From NCBI GenBank assembly GCA_963666565.1, contig OY762911.1, positions 800,001 through 864,000 on the forward strand: 64,000 bases of DNA. Reading direction: 5' to 3'. Source of the DNA: Thermoanaerobaculia bacterium. Its GTDB lineage: Bacteria > Acidobacteriota > Thermoanaerobaculia > Multivoradales > Multivoraceae. How positions within the stretch are numbered: position 1 is the stretch's first letter; every line of letters begins with the position of its first letter. Positions 27,751 through 40,063 of this stretch are shown in pieces. Position numbers and translations under genes: made by a program. The notes beneath the pieces are model-generated. The model saw only the letters and a program-made list of their open reading frames with translations, had not been told where the DNA came from and did not search any database.

Positions 27751-29133
27751 ATGCGAATCCCATCGATGGCCCGGCTCATCCTCCTCTCCGCGTTGGCGGC
27801 AACGCTCGCACCGGTGGCGGCCATGGCCGAAGACCGCGGCGCCCTGCTCGAACGGATCGACGGACTCGTCGCGGACTCGATGGAGGCGACGCAGACGCCC
27901 GGGATCTCCGTGGCGGTCCAGTACCGCGGCGAGCTGATCCTGGCCCGCGGCTACGGACTCGCCGACATCGAGAACCGGGTGCCGGCGACGGAGCACACCG
28001 TCTACCGGATCGGTTCGGTCACCAAGCAGTTCACCGCGGCGGCCGTGATGAAGCTGGTCGAACAGGGGAAGGTCGACCTCGACGACCCGATGACGAAGTA
28101 CTTCCCCGACTACCCGGTCGGCGAGTTCCGCATCACGACAGGCCAGTTGCTCGACCACACCAGCGGCATCAAGGGCTACACCGAGATGCCGGCGTTCTGG
28201 GAGCAGGGGCGGCTCGACCTCTCGCACGAGCAGATGATCGATCTGTTCTCGACCGTGCCGTACGAGTTCGAACCGGGCGACCGCTACCAGTACAACAATT
28301 CCGGCTACTACCTGGCGGGTCTGCTGGTCGAGAAGGCGAGCGGCATGACGTACGCGGAGTACCTGGAGGAGACGTTCTTCCGGCCGCTGGGGATGCGGGA
28401 GTCGCACTACCTCTACAACGACCCGATCGTGCCCGACCGCGCCGAGGGCTACCGGGTCGAGGACGGCGTCCTCCTGAACGACGAGCCGCTCTCCATGCAC
28501 CTGCCGTTCGCGGCCGGAGCGCTCGGTTCCAGCGTCCTCGATCTGGTGCGCTGGATGGTGGCGCTCGGCGCCGGCGACGTGGTCGGGCCGGACGGGATCG
28601 AGGCGATGACGACCCGGCGGCGGCTTTCCCGCGGCGACGAAATCGGCTACGGCCTCGGCCTGTTCGTCGGCGAGATGGCCGGTCGCCCCAAGATCGAGCA
28701 CGGCGGCGGCATCAACGGCTTCCTCAGCCAGCTCTCCTGGTATCCGGACGACGATCTGATCGTCACGGTTCTCGCCAACTGCAACTGCGGCGAACCCGGC
28801 CCTCTGGAGGCCCGGATCGCGAGGGCCGTGCTCGGAGTGGCGGAGCCGGACCACGCTCCGGTCGCGCTGGAAGAGGACGAACTGAAGCGCTACGCCGGCG
28901 TCTACGACTTCGGTCGCAGCCCGATCCCCGTGCAGGTCGAGGACGGCAAGCTCCGGATCTTCGGCAGGGACACCGTGCCGATCGGCGAGCACCGCTTCGC
29001 CGGCACCCGCGACAGGGAGCAGATCGCGATCTTCGAGGTCGATGCCGACACCGGGCGAGCCACCCACCTGCGCCTCGAACGCTGGGGCCAGGTGCAGCGC
29101 GGGCAACGGGCCGGCGACGAGCCGGAGGAGTGA
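27751..29133 (+). CDS. Serine hydrolase, beta-lactamase/AmpC-like family
   Basis: Signal peptide; IGSVTKQF (SxxK), YNNSGY, HGGG. Confidence 0.9.
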   Translation: MRIPSMARLILLSALAATLAPVAAMAEDRGALLERIDGLVADSMEATQTPGISVAVQYRGELILARGYGLADIENRVPATEHTVYRIGSVTKQFTAAAVMKLVEQGKVDLDDPMTKYFPDYPVGEFRITTGQLLDHTSGIKGYTEMPAFWEQGRLDLSHEQMIDLFSTVPYEFEPGDRYQYNNSGYYLAGLLVEKASGMTYAEYLEETFFRPLGMRESHYLYNDPIVPDRAEGYRVEDGVLLNDEPLSMHLPFAAGALGSSVLDLVRWMVALGAGDVVGPDGIEAMTTRRRLSRGDEIGYGLGLFVGEMAGRPKIEHGGGINGFLSQLSWYPDDDLIVTVLANCNCGEPGPLEARIARAVLGVAEPDHAPVALEEDELKRYAGVYDFGRSPIPVQVEDGKLRIFGRDTVPIGEHRFAGTRDREQIAIFEVDADTGRATHLRLERWGQVQRGQRAGDEPEE

Positions 29134-31151
29134 TCGTGAAGTACGGCGCATTCCTGGCCGCAGCTCTGCTGCTCACCGCCTGCGGTGCCACCGACGAGGA
29201 CTGGCCCGTCTATCTCGGCGACCCGGGCCGGCAGCACTACAGCCCGCTCTCCTCGATCAACCGGGAGAACGTGAGCCAGCTTGAAGTCGCCTGGGTCTAC
29301 GACGCGGGCGAGCCGCGCGGGGCCGGCGCCACGATGTACACCAGTCCCCTGGTCATCGACGGGGTGCTCTACGCGCTCTCGCCCCATCTCGACGCCTTCG
29401 CGCTCGACGCGGCCACGGGCGAAGAGATCTGGCGCACGGACCTCGAGCTTTCCGGCAACGCCCAGCGGGGGCTCATGTGGTGGGAGGATGGCGTCGAGCG
29501 GCGTCTCTTCTACACCCACGGCAAGGACCTGATCGGTCTCGACGCCGATGACGGCAGCCTGGTCCAGGGTTTCGGCGACGGCGGCCTGGTCGACCTGACG
29601 CCGGACGTCGACCGGGCCGGCGTCGTCTTCGTCACCGTGCCGGGGGTGGTTTTCGAAGACAAGCTGATCCTCGGCTTCTCCACGAACGAGGACGCAAACG
29701 CGTTCCCGGGATCGATCCGGGCCTTCAGCGCGGTCGACGGCAGCCTCGTCTGGCAGTTCGACACGATTCCGAAGCCCGGCGACACGGGCTCCGAGACCTG
29801 GGCCGAAGGCTCGCTCGCGCGCGCCGGCGGCGCCAACGTCTGGACCGGCATGGCGCTGGACGAGGAGCGCGGCATCCTGTTCGCGCCGACCGGGTCGGCG
29901 ACTCCCGACTTCTACGGCGCGAGCCGCCTCGGCGACAACCTGTTCTCAGACGCCCTGGTCGCGGTGGACGCCCGCACGGGCGAGCTCATGTGGCACTTCC
30001 AGGTCGTCCGCCACGACCTGTGGGACAAGGACAACCCGTCCCCGCCGACCCTGGTGCAGCTCGAGCGCGACGGCCGCACGATCGACGCGGTGGCGATCAC
30101 GACAAAGACGGGGCAGCTCTACGTGTTCGACCGCGAGACCGGAGAGTCGATGTACCCGATCCACGAGATCGAGACGCCGATTCGGAGCACCCTGCCGGGC
30201 GAGGCGACCTCGCCGACGCAGCCGATGTCGGAGGTGGTCATCAGCCGGCAGAACTTCGAGATCACGAACCGCACACCGGAGGCGCGCGCGTTCGTCGAGG
30301 AGCGGATCGAGGACTGGGACCTGCGGCCCTGGGCGCCGCCGAAGGTCGGCACCGTGCTCTTCACGCCGTGGTACGACGGCGGCGGCGAGTGGGGCGGTTC
30401 GGCGTTCGATCCGGCCACGAACAGCCTGATCGTGAACGCGAACGACGTCGCCGGCATCCTGGAACTCACCGAGGTGCCGGCCGGCTTCAGCCGCTACGGC
30501 ACCTACGCGCTCCACTGCGGCCGTTGCCACGGGCTGAAGCTCGAAGGAACCGACATGGGCGGCCCCCTGCTCGGCGTCGGCGACCGCCTGTCCCGCGACG
30601 AGATGCGCCGGATCATCCGCGAAGGCAGCGGCCGGATGGAGGGTTTCGCGCACCTCAACCGGATCGAACTCGGCGCCATCGAGGCCTACATCCTGTCGCC
30701 CGAGCCCGAGGAGGACGAGCCGCGCGGCGAGGTCGCCTACGCGCTCGGCGGCTACGTGTACCTCCGCGACCACGAGAACCTCCCCGGCAACTCGCCGCCC
30801 TGGGGAACGCTCAACTCGATCGACCTCGCGACCGGCGAGATCGCCTGGAAGGTCCCGTTCGGCGACTACCCCTCGCACCCCGGCCTCGGCTTCGGCGCCG
30901 TGAACTACGGCGGCCCCGTGGTGACGGCGTCCGGACTCATCTTCATCGGAGCGACGCCGGACGAGATGTTCCGCGCCTACGACACGCGGAACGGCGAGAT
31001 CCTGTGGGAAGCGAAGCTGTCGGCAGCAGGCTACGCGACGCCGGCCGTCTACAGCGTGGACGGCAAGCAGTACGTCGTGATCGCTGCCGGCGGCGGCCGC
31101 ACCGGCGGGCCTTCCGGGGGCGAGTACATCGCGTTCAGCCTGCCGGAGTAG
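29130..31151 (+). CDS. PQQ-dependent dehydrogenase lipoprotein with an inserted c-type cytochrome domain
   Basis: Lipobox LLTAC; YSPLSSIN..NV..L, GGANVW, HDLWDKD, GGGEWGG, ATPAVY..DGKQYV; CGRCH heme motif. Confidence 0.9.
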   Translation: MIVKYGAFLAAALLLTACGATDEDWPVYLGDPGRQHYSPLSSINRENVSQLEVAWVYDAGEPRGAGATMYTSPLVIDGVLYALSPHLDAFALDAATGEEIWRTDLELSGNAQRGLMWWEDGVERRLFYTHGKDLIGLDADDGSLVQGFGDGGLVDLTPDVDRAGVVFVTVPGVVFEDKLILGFSTNEDANAFPGSIRAFSAVDGSLVWQFDTIPKPGDTGSETWAEGSLARAGGANVWTGMALDEERGILFAPTGSATPDFYGASRLGDNLFSDALVAVDARTGELMWHFQVVRHDLWDKDNPSPPTLVQLERDGRTIDAVAITTKTGQLYVFDRETGESMYPIHEIETPIRSTLPGEATSPTQPMSEVVISRQNFEITNRTPEARAFVEERIEDWDLRPWAPPKVGTVLFTPWYDGGGEWGGSAFDPATNSLIVNANDVAGILELTEVPAGFSRYGTYALHCGRCHGLKLEGTDMGGPLLGVGDRLSRDEMRRIIREGSGRMEGFAHLNRIELGAIEAYILSPEPEEDEPRGEVAYALGGYVYLRDHENLPGNSPPWGTLNSIDLATGEIAWKVPFGDYPSHPGLGFGAVNYGGPVVTASGLIFIGATPDEMFRAYDTRNGEILWEAKLSAAGYATPAVYSVDGKQYVVIAAGGGRTGGPSGGEYIAFSLPE

Positions 31152-31236
31152 CTTGCGCCTGGCGACGCCACCGGCAGAAATCGCTGGCATGTGGGTCAAT
31201 CTACGGCTGATTCACCCACTCGCACGCCAACGTGCC

Positions 31237-31321
31237 CTGGGTGCGCGGGTCTGCATCCGTGTGCCCGATGACGGGCGACGGACTGGCGCGCGGATGGCAC
31301 CCCGGCGCACCCAGGGTGCGA
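31237..31321. repeat. Degenerate REP-like units between convergent genes
   Basis: CTGGGTGCGCGGGTCTGCATCCG ... CGGATGGCACCCCGGCGCACCCAG. Confidence 0.65.
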
Positions 31322-31372
31322 CCCTGTTCCCTGCGCGACAGCGCACCGGAACCGCCGCGAACACTCCTGGCG

Positions 31373-33415
31373 CTAACCGGCAAGGAGTCGCCGGGCGCGG
31401 TCCGCGATTGCCGCGGCGTTGATGCCGAGGTTCTCGACCAGGTCCCCGTAGGGCGCCGAGGCGCCGAAGCGGTCGATGCCGAGGACGTCGCCTTTCGAAC
31501 CGGTCCAGCGCTCCCAGCCCAAAGTCGCAGCGGCTTCGACGGCGAGCCGGCGGCGAACGCCCGGCGGCAGCACCCGCTCGCGGTACTCCTGCGGCTGCGC
31601 GGCGAAGGCCTCCCAGGAGGGCATGCTGACTACGCGGACGGCGTGGCCTTCAGCCGAGAGCTCCGACGCGGCCTCCAGCGCGGGCGCTACCTCGGAGCCG
31701 GTGGCGATCAGGATCAGGTCGGGTTCGGCGCCGCCGTCCGCCAGGACGTAGGCGCCGCGGGCGACGCCGTCCAGTGCGCCGTCGGCGGTTGCCTCCAACA
31801 CCGGGAGCTTCTGGCGGGTGAGAACGAGGGCGCAAGGGCCGTTCGTGTCGAGGGCCAGGGCCCAGGCGGCGGCGGTCTCGTTCGCGTCGGCCGGGCGGAC
31901 GACGACGAGGCCCGGCACCGCGCGCAGGTGCGCCAGGTGCTCGATCGGCTGGTGCGTCGGACCGTCCTCGCCCAGGAACACGGAGTCGTGGGTGAAGACG
32001 TAGATCGCTCGGAGCTCCATCAGCGCGGCGAGGCGCAGACTCGGCTTGAGGTAGTCGAGGAAGCAGAGGAAGGTGCCGCCGTAGGGCCGGAACAGGCCGG
32101 AGAGCGCCAGACCGTTCATCGCCGCGGCCATCGCGTGTTCGCGCACGCCGAAGCGGAAGTGGCGTGTCGGCGAACCGGCGGCGTAGTCGCCCTCGCCCTC
32201 GAGCAGGGTGTTGTTCGATCCGGTCAGGTCGGCGGAGCCGCCGGCGAGTTCCGGCACCAGATCCTTGAGCGCGTTGAGCGTCACCCCGGAGGCCGAGCGG
32301 GTCGCGATGGGGCCGTCCGCCGGGCCGAAGCGCGGGAGGGCGTCGCGCCAGCCGTCCGGCAGGCCGACGGCGAGACGGCGGTCCAGCTCGGCCGCCGCCG
32401 CCGGGTACTCGTGGTGGTAGGACCCGAGAAGCTCCTGCCACTCGGCGGCCGCTTCGGACCCGAAGTCCGCGGCCGGCGCGAACGCGGCGCGCGCCGCGTC
32501 GGGCACCAGGAACTCGGGCTCCAGCGGCCAGCCGAGGGCCTCCTTCGTGGCGACCACTTCGTCCGCGCCGAGCGGCGCGCCGTGCGAGGCGGCGGTGTCC
32601 TGCTTGTTCGGGCTGCCGTAGCCGATGTGGGTGCGAACCTGGATCAGGCTCGGGCGGCCGGTTTCGGCGAGCGCCGCCTCGAAGGCAGCATCGAGAGCTT
32701 CGATGTCGTTGCCGTCCTCCACGGACAAGGTGTGCCAGCCGTACGCCCGGTAGCGCCCGAGCACGTCCTCGCTGAAGCTGAGGTCGGTCGGGCCGTCGAT
32801 CGTGATCCGGTTCGCGTCGTAGAGGACGTTCAGCTTGCCGAGACCGAGGTGGCCGGCCATCGAGCAGGCCTCGGAGGCAACGCCTTCCATCAGGTCGCCG
32901 TCGGAGGCGATCACCCAGGTGCGGTGATTGAACAGGACGTGGCCCGGCCGGTTGAAGCGGACGGCCAGCAGTTGCTCCGCGATCGCCATGCCGACGGCCG
33001 CCGAGATGCCCTGGCCGAGCGGGCCGGTCGTGACCTCGACGCCCGGTGTCAGGCCGTGTTCAGGATGGCCCGGCGTCAGCGAGCCGTATTGCCGAAAGTT
33101 CCGGATCTCGTCCAGGCTCAGGTCGTAGCCGGCCAGGTGAAGGAGCCCGTAGATCAGCGCCGAGGCATGCCCGCACGAGAGGACGAAGCGGTCCCGGTTC
33201 GGCCACTGCGGATCCTCCGGCGCAAAGCGCAGGTACTTCGTCCACAGGAGCGCCGCCATCGCCGCCTGGCCCATCGGCGCGCCAGGATGGCCGCTGTTCG
33301 CCCGCTCGACCATGTCGACGGCGAGGAAGCGCAGCGTGTCCGTCGCCACGTCCAGCGGCTGACGTTCCGGCGGCCCGCCCGCCTCGGGCGTTCCGGCAGC
33401 CTCGACCTGACTCAT
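31373..33415 (-). CDS. tkt: Transketolase
   Basis: [58 protein letters not shown]. Confidence 0.98.
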   Translation of the reverse strand: MSQVEAAGTPEAGGPPERQPLDVATDTLRFLAVDMVERANSGHPGAPMGQAAMAALLWTKYLRFAPEDPQWPNRDRFVLSCGHASALIYGLLHLAGYDLSLDEIRNFRQYGSLTPGHPEHGLTPGVEVTTGPLGQGISAAVGMAIAEQLLAVRFNRPGHVLFNHRTWVIASDGDLMEGVASEACSMAGHLGLGKLNVLYDANRITIDGPTDLSFSEDVLGRYRAYGWHTLSVEDGNDIEALDAAFEAALAETGRPSLIQVRTHIGYGSPNKQDTAASHGAPLGADEVVATKEALGWPLEPEFLVPDAARAAFAPAADFGSEAAAEWQELLGSYHHEYPAAAAELDRRLAVGLPDGWRDALPRFGPADGPIATRSASGVTLNALKDLVPELAGGSADLTGSNNTLLEGEGDYAAGSPTRHFRFGVREHAMAAAMNGLALSGLFRPYGGTFLCFLDYLKPSLRLAALMELRAIYVFTHDSVFLGEDGPTHQPIEHLAHLRAVPGLVVVRPADANETAAAWALALDTNGPCALVLTRQKLPVLEATADGALDGVARGAYVLADGGAEPDLILIATGSEVAPALEAASELSAEGHAVRVVSMPSWEAFAAQPQEYRERVLPPGVRRRLAVEAAATLGWERWTGSKGDVLGIDRFGASAPYGDLVENLGINAAAIADRARRLLAG

Positions 33416-33508
33416 CGACGCGTGGTTCCAGTGAGTCGTGTGCGCAGCGGACGAAGGCGTGGCGAGGGGCCGGTCAAGCGCCGCCAAGCATACACAGGCG
33501 CCGATTCG

Positions 33509-34030
33509 TCAGGGCCTTGAATCGAGATAGCGGTCGACCGCCTTCTCGAGCGCGGCGCTGCGCAGCCCGTTCTCCCTGGCGCGAGCGCGGGCTTCTTCCC
33601 GATCCACGCCCTTGGCGGCCGCCAGGTAGGCGTAGTACATCGCGCCGACCCGGTTGCCCGAGGCGCAGTGGACGAGCACGGGGCCCTCCGCCTTGTCCAT
33701 CGCTTCGATGAAGCGGTCGAAGGTCTCGGGCAGCGCCAGCCGGTCGCCGTCGACCGGCAGGTTGAGGTAGGGCACGTCCAGGCTCTGGAGCGCCGCCGGC
33801 TCGTCGAAGCCCCTGTTCTCGCCTTCCGTCCGCAGATCGAGGACGAAGGACAGCCCGTCGGCCGCCAGCGCCTTGAGCTGATCCTCGGTCGGCTGGCCGC
33901 CGAAGAGGACGCCCGGTTCCGGGTGCTTCGCGCCCCGCAGGCCGTGGTCTTTCTGCTCGGCTGCCGCGGCCGGAGCGGCGAGGACGAGGGCCAGGGTGGA
34001 GAGGGCGGCAGCAAGGGACAGGTTACGCAT
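33509..34030 (-). CDS. Exported phosphatase-fold protein (CX5R; Blh/TIGR01244-like)
   Basis: Signal peptide, GGQP, DLRTEGE, LVHCASGNRV. Confidence 0.8.
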   Translation of the reverse strand: MRNLSLAAALSTLALVLAAPAAAAEQKDHGLRGAKHPEPGVLFGGQPTEDQLKALAADGLSFVLDLRTEGENRGFDEPAALQSLDVPYLNLPVDGDRLALPETFDRFIEAMDKAEGPVLVHCASGNRVGAMYYAYLAAAKGVDREEARARARENGLRSAALEKAVDRYLDSRP

Positions 34031-34044
34031 GAAGACACCTCCGC

Positions 34045-34120
34045 CGGATGCGGGCCGGAAGGCCCGCGCACCCGGCCTTCCGCCTTCGGCGGATGCCGGC
34101 GGGGACGCCGGCCCACCCGG
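34045..34120. repeat. Two REP-like variants
   Basis: GCGGGCC-GGAA-GGCCCGC-GCACCCGG and GCCGGCG-GGGA-CGCCGGC-CCACCCGG. Confidence 0.75.
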
Positions 34121-34128
34121 TTTTTGCA

Positions 34129-34491
34129 TCAGAAGAACCCCAGTTCCAGTTTGGCGGCCTCGCTCATCATCGCCGGATTCCAGGTCGGATCCCAGACCAC
34201 CTCGACCTCGGCCCCGCCGACGCCCTCGACGTCGCGCACGGTGCGCTCCACGTCGCCCGGCAGCGACTCGGCGACCGGGCAGTGCGGCGAGGTCAGGGTC
34301 ATCTGCAGCTTGACGTGCGCGTTCTCGTCGATCCGCACGTCGTAGATCAGGCCGAGTTCGTAGACGTCGACGGGGATCTCCGGGTCGTAGACCGTCTTCA
34401 GGGCCTCGACGATCCGGGCGTCCAGATCGTCCATGTCGATCCCTCCGTTTCCGGGCGAAGCCGGGGAAACGCTGGTCGCCACGTCGTCCAT
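34129..34491 (-). CDS. SUF system DUF59/SufT-like Fe-S assembly protein
   Basis: LKTVYDPEIPVDVYELGLIY, MTLTSPHCP, VWDPTW, MSEAAKLELG. Confidence 0.9.
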   Translation of the reverse strand: MDDVATSVSPASPGNGGIDMDDLDARIVEALKTVYDPEIPVDVYELGLIYDVRIDENAHVKLQMTLTSPHCPVAESLPGDVERTVRDVEGVGGAEVEVVWDPTWNPAMMSEAAKLELGFF

Positions 34492-34589
34492 CCCTTCGTT
34501 CCTCCTGTTGCCGTGCAGCTTGCGCAGCGTGTTCGCCGCCGCGCCGCGCAGAGAACGAGCCAAGCCCATGCAGCCTGTCCGCCGGCAGT

Positions 34590-35042
34590 CTACTCGGTGG
34601 TGACGGCCTGCGAATCGCCGCCTTCAAGGGCGGCCCGCAGGGCATGCCACGCGAGCGTCGCGCACTTGATCCGGACCGGGTAGTCCTTGACGCCGCTCAG
34701 GACCTCCAGCTTGCCCAGGTCGGCGCCGGCCGCCCCGTTGCCGTCGCCGGTCATCAGGGCCAGGAAGGAAGCGATCAGCGCCTCCGCCTGCGGCCGTTCG
34801 AGGCCGCGCACGGCCTCCGTCATCAGCGAGGCGGAAGCCGTCGAGATCGCGCAGCCCACGCCCTCGAAGCTCAGGCCGTCGATCAGGTCGCCGTCGGTGC
34901 GCAGGTAGACCTTGACCTGGTCGCCGCACAGCGGGTTGTAGCCCTCGGCGCAGGCCGACACAGGTTCCAGCGCTCCGAAGTTCCGGGGCGCGCGGTAGTG
35001 GTCGAGGATGACCTGCTGGTAGAGATCGCGGAGATCGGACAT
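34590..35042 (-). CDS. sufU: SUF system NifU-family sulfur-transfer protein
   Basis: LYQQVILDH, NPLCGD, GCAISTAS, RIKCATLAW. Confidence 0.95.
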   Translation of the reverse strand: MSDLRDLYQQVILDHYRAPRNFGALEPVSACAEGYNPLCGDQVKVYLRTDGDLIDGLSFEGVGCAISTASASLMTEAVRGLERPQAEALIASFLALMTGDGNGAAGADLGKLEVLSGVKDYPVRIKCATLAWHALRAALEGGDSQAVTTE

Positions 35043-35050
35043 ACCGCCCC

Positions 35051-36331
35051 TCAACCGAAGATCCGCCGCACTTCGTGCAGGCCGGAAACGAGACGGTCGA
35101 CTTCCTCGTGCGTGTTGTACAGCCCGAACGAGGCCCGCACGGTGGCCGGGACGCCGAGCCGGACCATCAGCGGCTGCGCGCAGTGGTGGCCGGCGCGGAT
35201 GGCGATTCCCTGCTCGTCGAGGATCGTTGCCACATCGTGGGGATGGGCGCCGTCGACCGCCAGCGACACGACGGCGGCCCCGGCCGGCCCGCCGCCTGGG
35301 TGCCCCAGCACCCGCACCCAGGGGAGATCGCCCAGTCGTCCCAGAGTGTGGGAGAGAAGCTCCCGCTCGTGCCGCTCGATCCGCTCCAGGCCGATCGACT
35401 CCAGGAATTCGACCGCGACGCCGAGCCCGATCGCCGGCGCGATGGCGGGGGTTCCCGCTTCGAACCGGTGCGGCGGGGCCGCGTACTCGGTGCGCTTGAA
35501 GGTGACCCGCGTGATCATCGCGCCGCCGCCGTGGTACGGCGGCATCGTCGCGAGCAGGTCGCGCCGGCCCCAGAGGACGCCGATGCCGCCGGGGCCGTAC
35601 ATCTTGTGGCCGGAGAAGGCGTAGAAGTCGCAGCCGAGCGCGGCGACGTCCACCGCCATGTGGGGGACCGCCTGGGCGCCGTCGACGACCACGGCCGCGT
35701 CCGAGCGCTTGCGCGTCAGCTCGACGATGGCGGGAATGTCGTTCACCGTGCCGAGCGCGTTCGAGACGTGGGCCACCGCGACGACCTTCGTCCGCTCGCC
35801 GATCAGCCCGGCCATCGCGCCGACATCCAGCTCGCCGTCATCGCCGATCGGGGCCGCCCGCACCCGGGCGCCGGTCCGCTCGCAGGCGAGTTGCCAGGGG
35901 ACGATGTTCGAGTGGTGCTCCATCTCGGTCAGCAGCACCTCGTCGCCGGGCCGAAGGTGCGGCCGGCCGTAGCTCTGGGCGACCAGGTTGAGGCTCTCCG
36001 TCGTGCCGCGGGTGAAGACGACCTCGTGGCTGTCCGGGGCGCCGATGAAGCGCGCGACCTTGCCGCGCGCCGCCTCGTACGCGTCGGTCGACTTCTCGGA
36101 CAGCGCGTGGACGCCGCGGTGGGCGTTCGCGTAGTAGGTCCGGTAGCACTCGCTGACCGCTTCGATGACGACTTCCGGCCGCTGCGCGCTGGCGGCGTTG
36201 TCGAGGTAGACGAGCCGGTGGCCGTGGACGTCCTGCCGGAGGATGGGGAAGGACTCGCGCAGGCGGTCGACCTCCAGCGGCTCGGCCGCCGCCGGCCGCT
36301 CGCGCTCGGCCAGGGACGCCGGCGCCGTCAT
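35051..36331 (-). CDS. sufS: Cysteine desulfurase, SufS type
   Basis: YLDNAAS, ANAHRG, EHHSNIVPW, SGHKMYGP, RAGHHCAQPL. Confidence 0.96.
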   Translation of the reverse strand: MTAPASLAERERPAAAEPLEVDRLRESFPILRQDVHGHRLVYLDNAASAQRPEVVIEAVSECYRTYYANAHRGVHALSEKSTDAYEAARGKVARFIGAPDSHEVVFTRGTTESLNLVAQSYGRPHLRPGDEVLLTEMEHHSNIVPWQLACERTGARVRAAPIGDDGELDVGAMAGLIGERTKVVAVAHVSNALGTVNDIPAIVELTRKRSDAAVVVDGAQAVPHMAVDVAALGCDFYAFSGHKMYGPGGIGVLWGRRDLLATMPPYHGGGAMITRVTFKRTEYAAPPHRFEAGTPAIAPAIGLGVAVEFLESIGLERIERHERELLSHTLGRLGDLPWVRVLGHPGGGPAGAAVVSLAVDGAHPHDVATILDEQGIAIRAGHHCAQPLMVRLGVPATVRASFGLYNTHEEVDRLVSGLHEVRRIFG

Positions 36332-37782
36332 CGACCCGCTCGTGCGCCCGCGCCGCCCGGGCCGTCGCCGCCGCGGCCGCCGCTCCGGCCACTCCCCGGA
36401 CCGCCGTTCAGGCTCGCCCGCAGCCGGGCTTCCAGATCCTGCCGGAGCGGCTCGAACGGAGTCTTCTCGACCAGCTCCCGCGCGAACGCGTAGACCAGCA
36501 TCCGGTAGGCCTCGTCGCGGCGGATGCCGCGCGCGCGCAAGTAGAAGAGCGCGTCCTCGTCGAGGCGGCCGATCGTCGAACCGTGGGTGCAGCGCACGTC
36601 GTCGGCGAAGATCTCGAGCTGCGGGTTGCTGTTGGCGAGCGCGGATCCGGACAGCAGCAGGTTGCGGTTCGTCTGCTTGGCGTCGGTCTTCTGCGCCGGC
36701 TTGTGTACGTAGATGCGGCCGTTGAACACCGAGCGCGCCCGGCCGGCGAGCACACCCTTGTAGAGCTGATGGCTCGTCGTGTGCGGCTGCCGGTGCTCGA
36801 CGCGCATGTGGTTGTCCACGAACCGGGACCCGTCGACGACGTAGAGGCCGTCCAGGATGCAGTCCGCGCCCTCGCCGTCCAGAAGCGCCACCGTGTCGTT
36901 GCGCACCAGGCCGCCGCCGAAGGCCAGCGACGAGGAGTCGAAGCGCGCCGCGCGCGCGAGCCGGGCGTGCTGGAAGCCGAGGTGGAACGCGTCCGCCGCG
37001 TCGGCCTGTAGCCGCGTGTGCCGCAGCACCGATCCGGCCTCGCAGACGAACTCCGCCGCCGGACAGACGAAGTAGCCGCCGGCGGCCGGACCGGCGGCGA
37101 AGGTCTCGACGATCGAGGCCTGGCTGTTCTCACCCGCGACCACCAGCAGACGCGGGAAGCTGACCTCGATGGCGGCGGGGCCGCCTTCGCCGGCCGAGTC
37201 GCCGGCCGATCTGCCCGCCGGCGCCGGCGCGCTGATCCAAAGGACCTGGATGGGCCGTTCGACGACGGCGCCCGCCGGGATGACGAGCGCCGCGCCGTCT
37301 TCGAACAGGCCGGTGTTGAGAGCCGCGAAGGCGTGAACGCCGGCGTCCGCGCTGCAGGAGGCCCGGCCGTCGACGCTCGCCGCCAGGTGTTCCAGGACGA
37401 CATCGCCGGCAGTCCCGGCGGCGCCGCCCGCGGCCGAGAGCCCGGCCAGCGGCACGGCCGCGATTCCCTCCGGCAGCGCCGAGGCCGCCGGCGCGAAGCG
37501 GCCGTTGACGAAGACCATGCGGCGGCAGTCCTCGTAGAGCAGCGCCGCGGCCGCCTCGACCGGCAGGCCCCCCGGCGCCGGCGACGCCACGGCCGGCGGG
37601 CGTCGAAGCAGCGGGCCCAGGTTCGTCTGCCGCCATTCCTCGTCGCGGGAGGTCGGGAAGCCGGCCTCCTCGAATCGCCCGATCGCCTCCCGCCGCCGCG
37701 CCACGAGGACCGCGGCCTCGCCGTCGCGGTGAGCGCGGAGATCCAGGTAGGGCGCGATGGAACGGCCGCTGGCGACGGTCAC
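36328..37782 (-). CDS. sufD: Fe-S cluster assembly protein SufD
   Basis: FPTSRDEEWR, FNGRIYV, AQKTDAKQ, PQLEIFADDVRCTHG, LFYLRARGI. Confidence 0.95.
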   Translation of the reverse strand: MTVASGRSIAPYLDLRAHRDGEAAVLVARRREAIGRFEEAGFPTSRDEEWRQTNLGPLLRRPPAVASPAPGGLPVEAAAALLYEDCRRMVFVNGRFAPAASALPEGIAAVPLAGLSAAGGAAGTAGDVVLEHLAASVDGRASCSADAGVHAFAALNTGLFEDGAALVIPAGAVVERPIQVLWISAPAPAGRSAGDSAGEGGPAAIEVSFPRLLVVAGENSQASIVETFAAGPAAGGYFVCPAAEFVCEAGSVLRHTRLQADAADAFHLGFQHARLARAARFDSSSLAFGGGLVRNDTVALLDGEGADCILDGLYVVDGSRFVDNHMRVEHRQPHTTSHQLYKGVLAGRARSVFNGRIYVHKPAQKTDAKQTNRNLLLSGSALANSNPQLEIFADDVRCTHGSTIGRLDEDALFYLRARGIRRDEAYRMLVYAFARELVEKTPFEPLRQDLEARLRASLNGGPGSGRSGGRGGDGPGGAGARAGR

Positions 37783-37786
37783 CGCT

Positions 37787-38542
37787 TCAGTCTCCGGAGG
37801 AACCGTCGCTCAGGCCGGCGTAGCCCTTCTCCTCGAGCTCGTGCGCCAGCCCGCTGCCGCCCGAGCGCACGATGCGCCCGTCCTGCAGCACGTGGACGCG
37901 GTCGGGCACGATGTAGTTCAGGAGCCGCTGGTAGTGGGTGATCACGACGAACGCGCGATCCTCCCTCCGCAGCGCGTTGACGCCGGCCGCGACGGTCTTC
38001 AGCGCGTCGATGTCGAGCCCGGAGTCCGTCTCGTCGAGCACGGCGAGCCTCGGCTCGAGCACCGCCATCTGGAGGATCTCGTTCCGCTTCTTCTCGCCGC
38101 CCGAGAAGCCCTCGTTGACCGGGCGCCGAAGCAGCGCCTCGTCCACGTCGACCAGCTTCGCGCGCTCGCGCAGCAACTGGAGGAAGTCCATCGCGTCGAG
38201 CTCCGCCTCGCCCCGGGCCTTGCGCACCGCGTTGACGGCCGCCTTGAGGAAGTAGCTGTTGCCGACGCCGGGGATCTCGACCGGGTACTGGAAGGCAAGG
38301 AAGAGGCCGGCGTGGGCCCGCTCTTCGGGCGCCATCTCGCTCAGGTCCTCGCCGTCGAGCTCCAGCGAGCCCGCGGTGACCTCGTAGTCCTCCTTCCCCG
38401 CGAGAACCTGAGCCAACGTGCTCTTGCCCGAGCCGTTCGGCCCCATCACCGCGTGAACCTCGCCGGCGCGCACTTCGAGGTCCACGCCCTTCAGGATTTC
38501 CTGTTCTTCGACCTTCGCGTGAAGGTCCATCACCCTCAGCAT
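37787..38542 (-). CDS. sufC: Fe-S cluster assembly ATPase SufC
   Basis: GPNGSGKST, FQYPVEIPGV, GFSGGEKKR, LDETDSGLDID, ITHYQRLL. Confidence 0.97.
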   Translation of the reverse strand: MLRVMDLHAKVEEQEILKGVDLEVRAGEVHAVMGPNGSGKSTLAQVLAGKEDYEVTAGSLELDGEDLSEMAPEERAHAGLFLAFQYPVEIPGVGNSYFLKAAVNAVRKARGEAELDAMDFLQLLRERAKLVDVDEALLRRPVNEGFSGGEKKRNEILQMAVLEPRLAVLDETDSGLDIDALKTVAAGVNALRREDRAFVVITHYQRLLNYIVPDRVHVLQDGRIVRSGGSGLAHELEEKGYAGLSDGSSGD

Positions 38543-38614
38543 CTTGTTGACACTCCGTACGGCGGCAGCGAGGCCGCTTGCGGTTCCGGCAGCATCCGGC
38601 GTCCCTCAGAGGGG

Positions 38615-40062
<1,448 letters not shown>

Positions 40063-40063
<1 letters not shown>

